A DNA stretch of 64,000 nt from an uncultured Clostridia bacterium (GCA_947625145.1 CANQNC010000001.1:6315-70314); one strand, 5' to 3'. Counted from the stretch's first letter, positions 37,062-47,457 are shown. Notes: generated from the letters alone by a model not told the origin. Program-made: numbers and translations.

Positions 37062-37655
37062 TCAGATCGCTATCCCGAAGTGATCCAAAAGGCCGTATAT
37101 CAAGACGCCGAGCGCGGCGGAGATCGCGATCAAGAGGATGGGGGACATCTTTTTGCCCTTTATCTTGATGAAGGACGCGGGGAAGAGAACGCAAAACATG
37201 GTTATCCCAACATAGTCGGGGGAGAAGGACGTCGCGGGCAAGGAGTTTACTCCAAACAGCACGGACAGCAAAAGCGTGACAAACACAGAAGTCAGCAATC
37301 CCGTGACTGTGCTCCGCACTCCCACAAACACCTCATTCACCGCGCGCTTTTTCATAAACGAGGACAACAACTTCGCCACAATGACTATGATGACGACGGA
37401 GGGCAACACCACTCCGAGCGTCGAGCACACCGCGCCCGCAACGCCCGCGACTTCCATTCCCGCATAGGTCGCGATGTTCACCGCAAACGGCCCCGGCGTG
37501 CTTTCCGCGATCGCGATGAAGTCCATGACCTGCGCGGAGGAGAGCCAGCCCTTTGCAACGACGTCGTTTGTGATCATGGGCAGCATGGCTTGTCCGCCGC
37601 CTATGGTGAACAGCCCGATCTTGAAGAATGTCCAAAACAGCGAGAGGTAGATCAT
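37062..37655 (-). CDS. chrA: Chromate transporter family protein (second half-size subunit)
   Basis: Starts at MIYLSLFWTFFKIGLFTIGGGQAMLP, and its ATG overlaps the upstream stop (ATGA). The IAESTPGPFAVN motif of the CHR family is present. Confidence 0.85.
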   Translation of the reverse strand: MIYLSLFWTFFKIGLFTIGGGQAMLPMITNDVVAKGWLSSAQVMDFIAIAESTPGPFAVNIATYAGMEVAGVAGAVCSTLGVVLPSVVIIVIVAKLLSSFMKKRAVNEVFVGVRSTVTGLLTSVFVTLLLSVLFGVNSLPATSFSPDYVGITMFCVLFPASFIKIKGKKMSPILLIAISAALGVLIYGLLDHFGIAI

Positions 37656-38380
37656 TTTTCGTCCTCCTCGTCGCTTTTTTTGATTTTCGGCAGGAGTATG
37701 CCGCGCGCCTCCGCGCTTTCGCAAACATATTCGTCCTTTTCAAGCGGCCTGCCCACGCGCTCGCAATAGTATTCGGGAGTCCCCGCCGTGTGATAGACTT
37801 TCCGCCGATAAAAAGTCGTGAACGCCACGACCGCCGAGCATATCGCGATCGTGCCCAAAATCACATACACGACGTCCGCTTTCAAAAGGAAAACCAGCAA
37901 AAACGAGGCGATCATAAGCGCGAAGGAAAACAGAGTCTTTTTCATGCTCTTGAAAAAGGACAGCGCCGCTTTTGCGATCAACACAAGCACGCCCACGCGT
38001 ATGCCGCGGAAGAAGAATCCTACCCATTTGTTGTCCTTTACAAGGTCCAAGATCACAGACAAGACGGCGATGATCGCAAACGAGGGCACTACCACGCCCA
38101 GCGTTGCGACAATGCCGCCCACGACCCCAAGCCGTATGGTGCCGATGTAAGTCGCGGTGTTTATGGCGATTGGCCCCGGAGTGCTCTCCGCGATCGCGAA
38201 AATGTCTCCAAGCTCGGCTTTTGATATCCAATGTCGCTTGTTGACTATCTCCGCCTCGAGCAGGGAGAGCATGGCATAGCCGCCGCCAAACATAAACAGC
38301 CCTATTTTGAAGAACACAAAAAACAGGGTGAACAGCTGTTTGAAATATTGAGACGGCGGTTTGGAACTAGCCTTTTTCAT
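37652..38380 (-). CDS. chrA: Chromate transporter family protein (first half-size subunit)
   Basis: FFKIGLFMFGGGYAMLSLL...IAESTPGPIAIN. The start was chosen at MKKASSKPPSQYF (38380), and the track ORF extends to 38416. Confidence 0.85.
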   Translation of the reverse strand: MKKASSKPPSQYFKQLFTLFFVFFKIGLFMFGGGYAMLSLLEAEIVNKRHWISKAELGDIFAIAESTPGPIAINTATYIGTIRLGVVGGIVATLGVVVPSFAIIAVLSVILDLVKDNKWVGFFFRGIRVGVLVLIAKAALSFFKSMKKTLFSFALMIASFLLVFLLKADVVYVILGTIAICSAVVAFTTFYRRKVYHTAGTPEYYCERVGRPLEKDEYVCESAEARGILLPKIKKSDEEDEK

Positions 38381-39350
38381 TGCCTTTGAAGTAGGGGGAG
38401 CGGATAAGCTCCTCAAAAGAGGGATAGGACGGGATCGCGCCCGCGCGCCCGACCGAGATCGCGGAAGCGGCGACCGCCGCGCGTATTGCGTCTTTCACGT
38501 CCACGGGCGAATACGGCGTTTTTCTCGTTGCAAGCGAGGCGAGCAGAGCGCCTACAAAGCAGTCCCCCGCGCCATCCGTGTCCTTCGGGGCTTTGTTGGG
38601 CGCCGCAAAACGCTCGATATGCATTGAGTTTTGCCCGCAAAACAGCACTCCCGTCGGCAACAAAGCGTACATGCCGCCCTTTTCGCCCATGGTTATAACG
38701 ACAAGCTCCGCGCGCGTTGAAAGCGCGAACAGGGCTTTGAAAATTTCCTCGTCCGAACTTCCCGCGTTTGGGCAGAAGAGGCGCGCCTCTTCCTCGGACA
38801 GTTTGACTATGTTCGCCTCCGCGAGCATGCGGGAGGAGAGGGTCAACATTTCCTCTTCGCTTGTCCAAAGGGCGGGGCGAAGATTTGGGTCGTAGCTTAT
38901 CGCCGCGCCCGCGCTCCTTGCCCGTGTGACGGCGGCTATATGAGCCGCGCGCATGCCTTCGTCCATCAGACAGTTTGAGCAAAAATGCAAAATATCTCCG
39001 CTTTTGAAGGGAATATCGGCGACGTCCTCTTCGCAAAAGCACAGATCCGCGGTGTTTTCTCGCTCGAAAGCAAAGGAGCGGTTGCCGTCCGAGGATACGC
39101 TCACTCGCGCGATCGCGGTTGGGCGGTCCGTACGCTTTGCAAAGCGTAGGTCTACGCCGCGTTTGTCAAGCTCCCGAAAGATCAGCTCGCCATAGGCGTC
39201 TTTGGATATCCCGCCCAAAAAAGCGCTTTTGCAACGCAACAAAGACGCGCACGCGGCAACGTTGGCGGGGGCTCCGCCCGCAAGCGCGGCGGTCCCGTAC
39301 ACGTCCGCAAGCGCCTCGCCTAGGCAAAATACCGTGCAACTTTCCGTCAT
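38367..39350 (-). CDS. PfkB-family carbohydrate kinase (fructokinase/ketodeoxygluconokinase-like)
   Basis: 327 aa with the N-terminal GEALAD...GGAPANVA motif and the C-terminal DTDGAGDCFVGALL motif. Confidence 0.8.
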   Translation of the reverse strand: MTESCTVFCLGEALADVYGTAALAGGAPANVAACASLLRCKSAFLGGISKDAYGELIFRELDKRGVDLRFAKRTDRPTAIARVSVSSDGNRSFAFERENTADLCFCEEDVADIPFKSGDILHFCSNCLMDEGMRAAHIAAVTRARSAGAAISYDPNLRPALWTSEEEMLTLSSRMLAEANIVKLSEEEARLFCPNAGSSDEEIFKALFALSTRAELVVITMGEKGGMYALLPTGVLFCGQNSMHIERFAAPNKAPKDTDGAGDCFVGALLASLATRKTPYSPVDVKDAIRAAVAASAISVGRAGAIPSYPSFEELIRSPYFKGNEKG

Positions 39351-39351
39351 A

Positions 39352-40047
39352 TCAGTTGAAACCGCGAAGTCCTACAAACTCCGCCTTGCCGTCAAACAGC
39401 TTGAGCAACTCTTCCGCCTCGTTCTTTTCGATCGGCGTGAAGCCGTGGCTTATACAGCCCTCGCTGTCCTTGTAGTGTTGGAAGAAAAACCTCTTCGCGC
39501 CCTTGATGAGGTTTGCGATCTCCTCGATGTCCTTCGGCGTGTGAAATTCCTTGATGAGAGTGGTGCGGAACTCATAGTCTTTCGCCTTTGACATGATTAT
39601 GGATATACTGCGGCGGACGGCTTGCATATCCACGCGTTCGAGCCCGCAGGTGAGCGCGTATTTTTCCGGGCTGTTTTTGATGTCCATCGCCATATAGTCC
39701 ACAAGCCCCTCGTCAAGCAGAGCCTCTATCACGTTGGGGCGCAAGCCGTTGCTGTCCACTTTGGTGATATATCCAAGCGCGCGAACCTTTCTCAAAAACT
39801 CCGCCAGATCGGGTTGCAGGGTTGACTCGCCTCCCGTCACGCACACGGCGTCCACAAGCCCGCGGCGCTTTTCGAGATACTCGAACACCTCGCCCTCGTC
39901 AATGCGCTGAGCGCCTATATCCCCAACGACAAGCCCGCCGTTGTGGCAGAAGGGACAACGCAGATTGCAGCCGCCCGTAAAAACCGTACAGCTGATCTTG
40001 TCCCCGAAATCGACCATTGAAAACTTTTCCATTCCGCATATTATCAT
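39352..40047 (-). CDS. nrdG: Anaerobic ribonucleoside-triphosphate reductase activating protein (radical SAM, NrdG2-type)
   Basis: The track ORF extends to 40293, but the homologous core begins near MIICGMEKFSMVDFGDKISCTVFTGGCNLRCPFCHN. It also has GGESTLQ and DSNG motifs. The start is uncertain (40047 or 40032). Confidence 0.8.
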   Translation of the reverse strand: MIICGMEKFSMVDFGDKISCTVFTGGCNLRCPFCHNGGLVVGDIGAQRIDEGEVFEYLEKRRGLVDAVCVTGGESTLQPDLAEFLRKVRALGYITKVDSNGLRPNVIEALLDEGLVDYMAMDIKNSPEKYALTCGLERVDMQAVRRSISIIMSKAKDYEFRTTLIKEFHTPKDIEEIANLIKGAKRFFFQHYKDSEGCISHGFTPIEKNEAEELLKLFDGKAEFVGLRGFN

Positions 40048-40350
40048 AGTAAAAACAGTATACCACACCTTCGCGAAAAAGCAAGCGCAAGCGACGGAGA
40101 GAAAAAAGATATGCAAAGAAAAACGGCGGGAGCTTCTCGCCGTTTTGTCGCTTTTCAAATTGTGAGGATTTTTTGGATTTTGTTTTCCGCAACGAGCCGT
40201 CCGTTCAAGTTGAGCGGTTTGCCAAAAGCGTGTTGCCGCGGGGCGTTTTGTCGGAGCGCTCTTTCGTATGGGCAAACGAATTTGCAAAGGCAAAGGCGCA
40301 AGAAGTCGCGCAAAAGCGTGTTTACTGCCCGTTTTTGCGGGCTTAAACCG

Positions 40351-43300
40351 TTAATTCCGTATTTTTTGCAAATTCCAACCGCCCGACTCTTTTGTGAGGG
40401 AATAGTTCCCTTGGTCGTTTACGGGGATATCGTCGCGCACGGGGATAGTGATTGTATAGCCGCCGCCGTCCGCGGCTTTGAAGTCGGTGTCGTACACTCT
40501 GTAGAGCACGTCGCCCTGTCTGTTTGTGATCTCGAGGGAAATGTACATGACGGTGGACGTCTCGGATTGCGCCGCGCGATAGATGACGACCTCGCCCGAA
40601 AGCGAGCTGGAAAAGCCGAGGTTTTCGCGCGAGCCGTAGTAGACGGATCGGGTCTGCGCGGAGTAAGTGCGCGCGGATTCGTCTATGGTGATGTCCACAA
40701 TGTTGAGATTGTCGAATGCGTAGATATAGAACGTGAACGTGTTGCCTTCTCGGCTTTGGAACACCGAACTTACGCTCGGATCCGTCAGATCGAATCTGTC
40801 TCCGCCCACGCCTCTTGAGTTTTGTATCCAATTGCCCGAAAGCGCAAACTCGGTGCCGTCCTCGTTGGTGTAGTCAAGCGTCACGTTGCTGCCCTCGCTG
40901 CCTCTGTCCGAGAATGTGCCGAACGTGTTGGAATATTCCGTGCGATAGGTGAAGGTCTCGTTTGCGGACAGGGTGACGAAGTAGGTGTGGTTGCCAACAG
41001 AAAAGCGCTTGCCCTCGCGCTCGAAGGTTACGGGTGAGGCGTCGAAGGTCGCGGACAGGGTCTCGTCAAGCCCAAGCGTGAGGGAAAGGGTGTGCTCGTC
41101 CGAGGAGTAGGTCACGGTCTGTCCGATCGCGGCGTAGGCGTGCGGGGACGCGTTGTCCTGCATTGTGATCTTGACAATGTTGCCGTCCTCTCTCGTCACG
41201 ATGCCCTGCCTTTCGAGATATCCGTTCGCGTTGTCGTACAGCGCGCGATAGGTCGCCTTCTCGTCGCTGATAAAATATGTCCAATACAGATTGTCCTCGT
41301 GGAAGTTCCGGCCGAAGTTGACCCTTTCAAGCTCCGCGATGTCCACCATTTCCCCTATGGGAGAGGTGCTCGCAAGCGCGAGATATTTGATATAGGGCTT
41401 CCAGACGTTGCCCACGTTGAACAGTTTGAGCACGTCTATCCCTTCAAGCAGAATGGCAAAGTTGTCTTCGCCCTCTCCGTCAAACGCGAAGGGATCCCCG
41501 CTGACAGAGGGCAGGGTGAAGTTCCTTCCCGTCCAGCGCAGGACGAGTGCGGAGCCGTCCGCGTGCGCAAACGCGCGGTTGCCGATCTCCTTGATCTCGG
41601 AAGTCGTTATCGTGGCGTTCAAGCCCTCAAACGCGCTCTCCCCTATGATTTGCAGGCGGGTGAACGCAAGCTCGCTTATGGCGTCGCAGCCGTAAAACGC
41701 TTTGCTGCGAATTTCGCTGACCGAGGAGAGAGTCGCGGACGCAAGTTGCGCACAGCCGTAAAACGCCTCTTCTTCTATGGTCGAGACTGCGTCCGCGCGT
41801 ACGGATAGCAGAGTATCCTTGCCCTTGAATGCGGCGCGCTTTATGATCGAGACCGAGCTTGGGATCTCCACATGCCCGCCCTCGCCGACATACAGCAGAA
41901 GCTCGTTGCCGTCAATGACAAACTCCGTCGCAAGCGTATACGCCTCGCCGTCTACATTGAAGTAGTAATGCTCGCCGTCGTCCGAGAGGAACACGAGTAT
42001 GTTTTGCCAATTGTAGTAGAAGCCCTTGAGCGCGGGCTCTTCCTCTTCCAAAGAGGGGACAAACTCCGCGCGGCCGTAGCCGTTCAGCGTCAAAGTCCCC
42101 GCGCCGTCCGAGTAGGTGAGGACGCGGCTTTGATCGAATTCGCCGAAAGCGGGGACAGACTCCTGCTCGGAGGGGAACTCGAAGCATTGATAGGAAAACT
42201 CGCCGTCCGCGGTTTCCGCGCGGAAGATCAACGTCTCGGGATTGTAGCTTATTATCGTCCCGACGAGTTCGCGCGAGCTTATGCTCACGCCGTCGAAGCC
42301 GTCCATGACGAGGACTTCCTCGGTCAGAGTGCCGTCCGAGGGGTCGTATTTCAAGAAGTTGCCATTTCTTAAGTTGTCAAAAAGGACAAACACGCCGTCG
42401 TACAGCTTGCAACGCACGGAGGACAAGCCAAGCGAAAGCACATAGACGTCCTCTTCGTCAAATTCGAGGCTCCCCGATGTGCGAATGTTGCCTTCCTCGA
42501 GCGCCGCGCCGCCGTAGCCGTCCAGCATGAGCACGCTGTTTTCGGCAAACTTATTTTCGAAAGTTCCGCTTATTTTGGGGTCGTGTTTTGCAAACGAGTC
42601 CGCCGACGCTCTGAAACGGAAGGGCTCGTCTCCGTTGTCGGGGGAGAAGGTATAGTCCTCGGTGTCTGCGTTGAAGGAGTATGTTCCTTCCAAAATCCCG
42701 TCCGACGAGGAGTATTCCGCGCCGCCCAATCCGTCCAGTGTAAGCCTTTCCGCGCCGTGTGAGTACACGCCCGCCTCGTTGCCTATCTTCAGCGCTTTGT
42801 CGTCAAGCAACATGAATGTGTATTCCTCTCCGTTCAGCGTGAAGCGCACAAGATCGCGCTCTTGCTCCCGTTCCTCGGAGTAGGTCACGACGTGCTCTAC
42901 GCCGCGCCTGTCTATATACAGCGCGGTGAAGTACGCGTCTATCGTCAGCTGAGTGTAGTCGTTGCAAGCGTACGTCTTGCCTATCTTTGTTTCGGCAAGC
43001 GTCGCCGAGCCCTCGGACAAGACGTATCTGTTGCCGCCGCTCGGGAAGTGCGCGATCACGCCGTCCTCGGTCGGGACGTAGTTGCCCACGGTCTGCTCGC
43101 TGTTTTGCGAAAGGGTGGCGTTTGAAAATCCGTCGAGGGTAAGTTCGCCCCCGTCGTCCAAGGAGTAGACGCCCTGTTTGCCGTCAATCGTCCTGAAACT
43201 TCCCCCCTCGAGGACAAAGCGCATGTCTCGCAAAACGAGATCGAGCGAGGGGTCTTGAAGCGAGGTGACGTTCAAAACATAATGATTGCCCTCGGAAGAG

Positions 43301-44871
43301 AGCGTGCCTTGCGCCGCGACCGAGACGTCCCGCCAGCCGCTGCCCGCCATCACGGTGACGGAAGCGCCGTCCGAGGCCTCGTCAATGCGGAGCTCCAAGT
43401 ATTTGCCACCCAAAACGGCGAAATAAACGTTGTCCCGCTCGCCTTTGAGATAGAAAACGTCTCTTCCCTCTTCCATGCCGAGCTCGAAGTGCTCCTGCAC
43501 GATCACAGGATCCCCGCTTTCATACGCCTCGTAGCGGAACACGTAGTCCCCATGTGCGTTGTCGAAGAAGTAGACGCCGTAGTAGACCTGATTGCCGCCC
43601 ACCGAGATGCGCCTTGTGAAGCCGAAGTAGGGGTCCAACGCGATCGTATCTCCCTCCGCAATGCCGCTTGAGGCGTCATAGCGCACAAAGGACAGCGCGC
43701 CCCCTCTTTGCCAAGAAAACAGCCCTTCGTCCTCGTTTATCTTGCCGATATATTCGGCGCCGCTTTCCGCAACGAGGGTGAAAATGCCGTCTGAATTTAT
43801 GTCGCCTTTGAGAGGTTCGAGTACGCCGCGGTCCAGCTCGACCCTTCCCGTTTCGAGCGCAAGTACAAACAGGACGTCCGCGCCGCCGCTTCTGTCAAGA
43901 TATTGCGCGTCCCACGCCGCGACGAACTCTCTGTCTCCGAGCACCGTGTAGCTCGAGCCCGCAAAGCAGACGTCCGAGCCCGATCTCCAACCCGCAAAAC
44001 GCTTTCCGTCAAGCTCGAACTCACTTTCGGGGACGGATATTTCCTTTCCGTAAGGATAGCGCATGGTTTGCGAATGTCCCTCTTGCTCGCCCGTCCCGTC
44101 CTTGAAGGTGAGGGTGTATTCGTTGCGCGTGAAGTAGACGGAAACCGAGTTGTCCGCCAACGCCGCGGACACAACGAGCCGCACCGACGAGCCGCTTACG
44201 CTCCCGCCCCTTTCGTACGTGAAGCCCTCGACCTCGGCAAAAGACAGAGATATCACTGTCCCAAGCTCGGCTTTGCCTGATTTGGACAGCTCTTGCGAGG
44301 GGGAGTAGGTCTCGCTTTCAAGGTCCTGAAGCATGACAGTCAGACTGTACGTCGCGTTGTAGTGCGCCTTAAGCACCACCGCGTCCCCGGGCATCACCGC
44401 GTCCTCGGAAAGAGGCTCGCCGTCCAAATACCAGCCCGCAAACTCCAATCCGTTGCGCAAGGGGATCATATCCTTCAAAAAGGCGGTCAGATTTCTGCCT
44501 TGAGCCACCATAAACTCGGTCTGCTCGAGGTAGCCGCCGTCCGTGTCCAATGTGAGTGGGGAGCCTTGCGTCCATTTGGCAAAAAACGCCATATCGTGAT
44601 CGGGCATGACAGTGGGGATATCAACCTCTTCGCCCATGCGGTCCGCGTCGAGGAACCAGCCCGCAAAAAAGGAGCCGTTTTTGACGGGATCCGCGGGGGG
44701 CGTGATCGGCGTGCCCGTTTCCGCCGTGATCGCGGGAATGAAACTGCCGCCGTCCGTCATAAACGTCAGCGTGTGCAAATTTTCGTTCTGCGGAGTGCGA
44801 TCGCATCCCGCAAACACAACAAGCAGAAGCAAGGCCATCAAAATTGCCAAAACCAAACGTCTGCCTCTCAT
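40351..44871 (-). CDS. Giant surface lipoprotein with Listeria-Bacteroides repeats and BspA-type leucine-rich repeats
   Basis: 1506 aa with a lipoprotein signal (MRGRRLVLAILMALLLLVVFAGC). N-terminal Flg_new-type repeats are present (HTLTFMTDGG...FAGWFLD; LTLDTDGG...FAGWYLDG; YTLTFKDG...FAGWRSG). An LRR_5-like block spans about aa 960-1080 (IPSSVSIIKRAAFKGK...IEEEAFYGC...IRSKAFYGC...IGESAFEG...IGNRAFAH). Confidence 0.8.
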   Translation of the reverse strand: MRGRRLVLAILMALLLLVVFAGCDRTPQNENLHTLTFMTDGGSFIPAITAETGTPITPPADPVKNGSFFAGWFLDADRMGEEVDIPTVMPDHDMAFFAKWTQGSPLTLDTDGGYLEQTEFMVAQGRNLTAFLKDMIPLRNGLEFAGWYLDGEPLSEDAVMPGDAVVLKAHYNATYSLTVMLQDLESETYSPSQELSKSGKAELGTVISLSFAEVEGFTYERGGSVSGSSVRLVVSAALADNSVSVYFTRNEYTLTFKDGTGEQEGHSQTMRYPYGKEISVPESEFELDGKRFAGWRSGSDVCFAGSSYTVLGDREFVAAWDAQYLDRSGGADVLFVLALETGRVELDRGVLEPLKGDINSDGIFTLVAESGAEYIGKINEDEGLFSWQRGGALSFVRYDASSGIAEGDTIALDPYFGFTRRISVGGNQVYYGVYFFDNAHGDYVFRYEAYESGDPVIVQEHFELGMEEGRDVFYLKGERDNVYFAVLGGKYLELRIDEASDGASVTVMAGSGWRDVSVAAQGTLSSEGNHYVLNVTSLQDPSLDLVLRDMRFVLEGGSFRTIDGKQGVYSLDDGGELTLDGFSNATLSQNSEQTVGNYVPTEDGVIAHFPSGGNRYVLSEGSATLAETKIGKTYACNDYTQLTIDAYFTALYIDRRGVEHVVTYSEEREQERDLVRFTLNGEEYTFMLLDDKALKIGNEAGVYSHGAERLTLDGLGGAEYSSSDGILEGTYSFNADTEDYTFSPDNGDEPFRFRASADSFAKHDPKISGTFENKFAENSVLMLDGYGGAALEEGNIRTSGSLEFDEEDVYVLSLGLSSVRCKLYDGVFVLFDNLRNGNFLKYDPSDGTLTEEVLVMDGFDGVSISSRELVGTIISYNPETLIFRAETADGEFSYQCFEFPSEQESVPAFGEFDQSRVLTYSDGAGTLTLNGYGRAEFVPSLEEEEPALKGFYYNWQNILVFLSDDGEHYYFNVDGEAYTLATEFVIDGNELLLYVGEGGHVEIPSSVSIIKRAAFKGKDTLLSVRADAVSTIEEEAFYGCAQLASATLSSVSEIRSKAFYGCDAISELAFTRLQIIGESAFEGLNATITTSEIKEIGNRAFAHADGSALVLRWTGRNFTLPSVSGDPFAFDGEGEDNFAILLEGIDVLKLFNVGNVWKPYIKYLALASTSPIGEMVDIAELERVNFGRNFHEDNLYWTYFISDEKATYRALYDNANGYLERQGIVTREDGNIVKITMQDNASPHAYAAIGQTVTYSSDEHTLSLTLGLDETLSATFDASPVTFEREGKRFSVGNHTYFVTLSANETFTYRTEYSNTFGTFSDRGSEGSNVTLDYTNEDGTEFALSGNWIQNSRGVGGDRFDLTDPSVSSVFQSREGNTFTFYIYAFDNLNIVDITIDESARTYSAQTRSVYYGSRENLGFSSSLSGEVVIYRAAQSETSTVMYISLEITNRQGDVLYRVYDTDFKAADGGGYTITIPVRDDIPVNDQGNYSLTKESGGWNLQKIRN

Positions 44872-45054
44872 ATATTCCTCCCCACGGCGCGTCGCAAAAT
44901 GCGCCTTAATATGCCTTATTACAATATATTATTCTACATTTTGTCAACTGTCAATATTCAAAATAAGCATAAATCGCGGACGGCAATATCTTGTGCAACG
45001 CAAGGGTAGGGCATACACAATTTCGGCGGTGGGATATTTTTTTGAAGGGTTATA

Positions 45055-45135
45055 TTCCGCCCGTTCGAGTCCCAAACACATAACAAAAGCGGACACACGT
45101 TGTATGTCCGCCATTGGCGCCTGTTGAGGGACTCG
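45055..45135. repeat. 81-bp direct repeat, copy A (pseudo tRNA-Asn 3' end + terminator + flank)
   Basis: 78 of 81 nt are identical to 45255..45335, exactly 200 bp away. It includes the last 21 nt of tRNA-Asn (CGAGTCCCTCAACAGGCGCCA on the minus strand). Confidence 0.9.
45082..45111 (-). terminator. Duplicated copy of the tRNA-Asn terminator
   Basis: On the minus strand, GCGGACA-tacaacgtg-TGTCCGC is followed by TTTTGTT. Confidence 0.6.
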
Positions 45136-45254
45136 CTCCGCTTGGCTTAAACGCTCACGCCCGTACAGCACAGGATAACCCTCTACTCGCACGACTTTCC
45201 TTTGCCTGCGCTATCACGCCGGGGCGGGGTGACAATTCACAGGATTGTCACCTG
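45136..45254 (-). other. 119-bp unassigned insert between the repeat copies (possible small RNA or integration scar)
   Basis: The minus strand begins with the hairpin GGTGACAAT-cctgtga-ATTGTCACC and runs into the pseudo tRNA 3' end. ATCCTGTG occurs twice. No family recognised. Confidence 0.3.
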
Positions 45255-45335
45255 TTCCGCCCGTTCGAGTCCCAAACGCATAACAAAAGCGGACACACGT
45301 TGTATGTCCGCCTCTGGCGCCTGTTGAGGGACTCG
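45255..45335. repeat. 81-bp direct repeat, copy B (authentic tRNA-Asn 3' end + terminator + flank)
   Basis: See copy A. Mismatches are at offsets 24, 59 and 60 only. Confidence 0.9.
45282..45311 (-). terminator. Rho-independent terminator of tRNA-Asn
   Basis: GCGGACA-tacaacgtg-TGTCCGC-TTTTGTT, 3 nt after the CCA end. Confidence 0.75.
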
Positions 45336-45390
45336 AACCCCCGACACTTCGGTTAACAGCCGAATGCTCTACCGACTGAGCTAAACAGGC
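45315..45390 (-). tRNA. tRNA-Asn (anticodon GTT), CCA encoded
   Basis: The minus strand reads GCCTGTTTAGCTCAGTCGGTAGAGCATTCGGCTGTTAACCGAAGTGTCGGGGGTTCGAGTCCCTCAACAGGCGCCA. It has a 7-bp acceptor stem (GCCTGTT/AACAGGC), D-arm GCTC/GAGC, anticodon loop CTGTTAA and T-loop TTCGAGT. Length is 76 nt. Confidence 0.95.
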
Positions 45391-45688
45391 ATTGATTTAT
45401 GCTTGATAATCATAATCTTTTATGCGGCGGTTTGTCAAGAGTTTTTTTCAAGATGAAAGGATTTCTCTTTTGAAGGCGTTGGTTTTTGCCGCAAACCTCG
45501 GTTGTTTCCATTTCAAATTCACAAAAAGAGGGATCATTTTATGCGCGGGATGGGGAAAATGTGAACAAAATTTTAATTTTTTTAGGAAAAGGGGATTTTG
45601 TTTACGTATATATAAATGTAATATGTTTTTATACGCGGCTTGCGGGGGTCGGGACATGCTCGGCTCGCGGAGGTCGGAAGGAGGGAGT

Positions 45689-47440
45689 ATGAGTCAAGGG
45701 TTCACGCCCGAGTTTTTGGAAGAGCTGAAATACAAAAGCGATATCGTGCAGGTCATATCCTCATATGTCCCTCTTGTCAGAAAAGGGGGGAAATATTTCG
45801 GCAACTGCCCCTTTCATCATGAAAAGACGGGCTCGTTTTGCGTAAATCAGCAAGAGGGCTATTATCACTGTTTCGGTTGCGGCGCGAGCGGGGATCTGAT
45901 CAGATTTGTCATGGAGATAGAATCCATCAGCTTTTACGACGCGGTGAAATATCTCGCCGACAAGGCGGGGCTTCCCCTGCCCGAGGTCAAGATGGATCCC
46001 GACTTCGCCAAAAAGAAGGAGAGGCGGGAGGTCTTGAAACAGCTGATGCGAGACGCCGCCGCGTATTATCACGCAAACCTCATGCATCCCGAAAGGGGAA
46101 GCGCCGCGCGCGAATATCTTTTGTCGCGCGGGCTTGGCGAGGACGTGTGGAAGAGATACGGGCTTGGATTGTCCTTGGATTTTGACTCTCTCCCCGCGTA
46201 TCTGCGGCGCAAGGGCTATTCGCTGAAAGACCTCGTTGAGTGCGGCATGATCCCCGCCGAAAACCATCCGTCCGACAGCTTCGGCGGCAGGGTCATCGTC
46301 CCCATCATCAACTCCATGGGCGAGGTCGTGGCGTTCGGCGGCAGGATATACAGAGGGGAAAAGGACGTTGCCAAATACAAAAACTCCACAAACACCTTGC
46401 TTTTTGACAAAAGCAGGACGCTGTATGGCTTGAACTACGTCAAGCGGGACAGAAAAGAGGGGCGGGGTTCGGACTTCCTCATCCTTGTGGAGGGCTATAT
46501 GGACGTCATCGCGCTTGGCGCCACGGGCGTGACAAACGCGGTCGCGGGCATGGGCACCGCGCTCACCGAGGGGCAGGCGCGGGAGCTTGGCAGAATGACG
46601 TCAAGGCTGTATGTCTGCTATGACGGGGACGGCGCAGGGCAAAAGGCGACGGTCAAAAACCTAGACGTTTTGCTTGCGGCGGGATTGGACGTGAAGGTGG
46701 TCACGCTTGACGAGGGCATGGATCCCGACGAGACGGTGCGCGCCGTTGGCAAGGAAGGCTTTTTGAAAAAGTTGGACGAGGCGCTCCCCGCGATAGAGTA
46801 CAAGTTGAAACTTTGCGAGGACGCGTGCGATCTGCGCTCGCTTACGGGGCGCGCCAAATACGCGCAACTTGCGATGCGAGTGATCGCGCCCATCTCGGAT
46901 CCCGCGCAACGAGCGGTGTACAGGGATATGGTGGCAAGCAAAAGCAAGCTCTCGCCCGAACAGCTCGAACTCCCCGAGACAGTGCGCCCCGAGGAGAGGC
47001 AGATGGAGCCCGAGCGGGCAAGCAAAGTGACGCGGGCGGCAAGGATAGTGCTGAACAGGTTGCTTGCGGGCGCGGAATATTGCGACGCGGGGCAGATAAG
47101 GCGGGAGTGGTTTGCGTACTCTCAGCACGCGAAGATCTTCGACGTCGCGCTTGAAAAAGGGAAGGCATTCAACGCGGGGACGGCGTACAGCTATGTGGAC
47201 GACGACAAGGAGCTGGGACGGATACTCGGCGTAAGCATAGAGGGGGACGCCGCCACCGAAAAGAGGATATATACGGATTGCCTGTTCACGCTTGCCAACG
47301 ACTATATTTCAAGGCGGCTTGACGAATTGAAACTGCGCTACGCGTCCCTCACCGACCCCGAGGAAAAGAAGATGGTGGTGCAGGAGATATTGGAAATGCA
47401 AAAAAAGCTGAAATCAAAAATTCTATCCGATAAATACTGA
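45689..47440 (+). CDS. dnaG: DNA primase
   Basis: Track ORF 45422..47440. I prefer the ATG at 45689 after GGAAGGAGGGAG. It has the zinc finger [13 protein letters not shown]...[11 protein letters not shown] and a Toprim domain ([21 protein letters not shown]). Confidence 0.93.
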   Translation: MSQGFTPEFLEELKYKSDIVQVISSYVPLVRKGGKYFGNCPFHHEKTGSFCVNQQEGYYHCFGCGASGDLIRFVMEIESISFYDAVKYLADKAGLPLPEVKMDPDFAKKKERREVLKQLMRDAAAYYHANLMHPERGSAAREYLLSRGLGEDVWKRYGLGLSLDFDSLPAYLRRKGYSLKDLVECGMIPAENHPSDSFGGRVIVPIINSMGEVVAFGGRIYRGEKDVAKYKNSTNTLLFDKSRTLYGLNYVKRDRKEGRGSDFLILVEGYMDVIALGATGVTNAVAGMGTALTEGQARELGRMTSRLYVCYDGDGAGQKATVKNLDVLLAAGLDVKVVTLDEGMDPDETVRAVGKEGFLKKLDEALPAIEYKLKLCEDACDLRSLTGRAKYAQLAMRVIAPISDPAQRAVYRDMVASKSKLSPEQLELPETVRPEERQMEPERASKVTRAARIVLNRLLAGAEYCDAGQIRREWFAYSQHAKIFDVALEKGKAFNAGTAYSYVDDDKELGRILGVSIEGDAATEKRIYTDCLFTLANDYISRRLDELKLRYASLTDPEEKKMVVQEILEMQKKLKSKILSDKY

Positions 47441-47457
47441 AACCAAGGAGGAATAAA

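Noticed and set aside
45055-45080. GTTCGAGTCCC T-loop-like sequence on the + strand considered as part of a second tRNA
   Set aside because: No complementary T-stem, acceptor stem or anticodon arm can be built around it. It is an inverted copy of the tRNA-Asn T-loop 11-mer within the 81-bp repeat.
45422-45688. N-terminal extensions proposed by the ORF track for dnaG (45422), the integrase (30600), the permease (34746), dut (36405), nrdG (40293) and the zinc-ribbon protein (49719)
   Set aside because: The extensions lack homology-like sequence. In each case an internal ATG with a strong RBS, or an ATGA overlap with the upstream gene, coincides with the expected family N-terminus.
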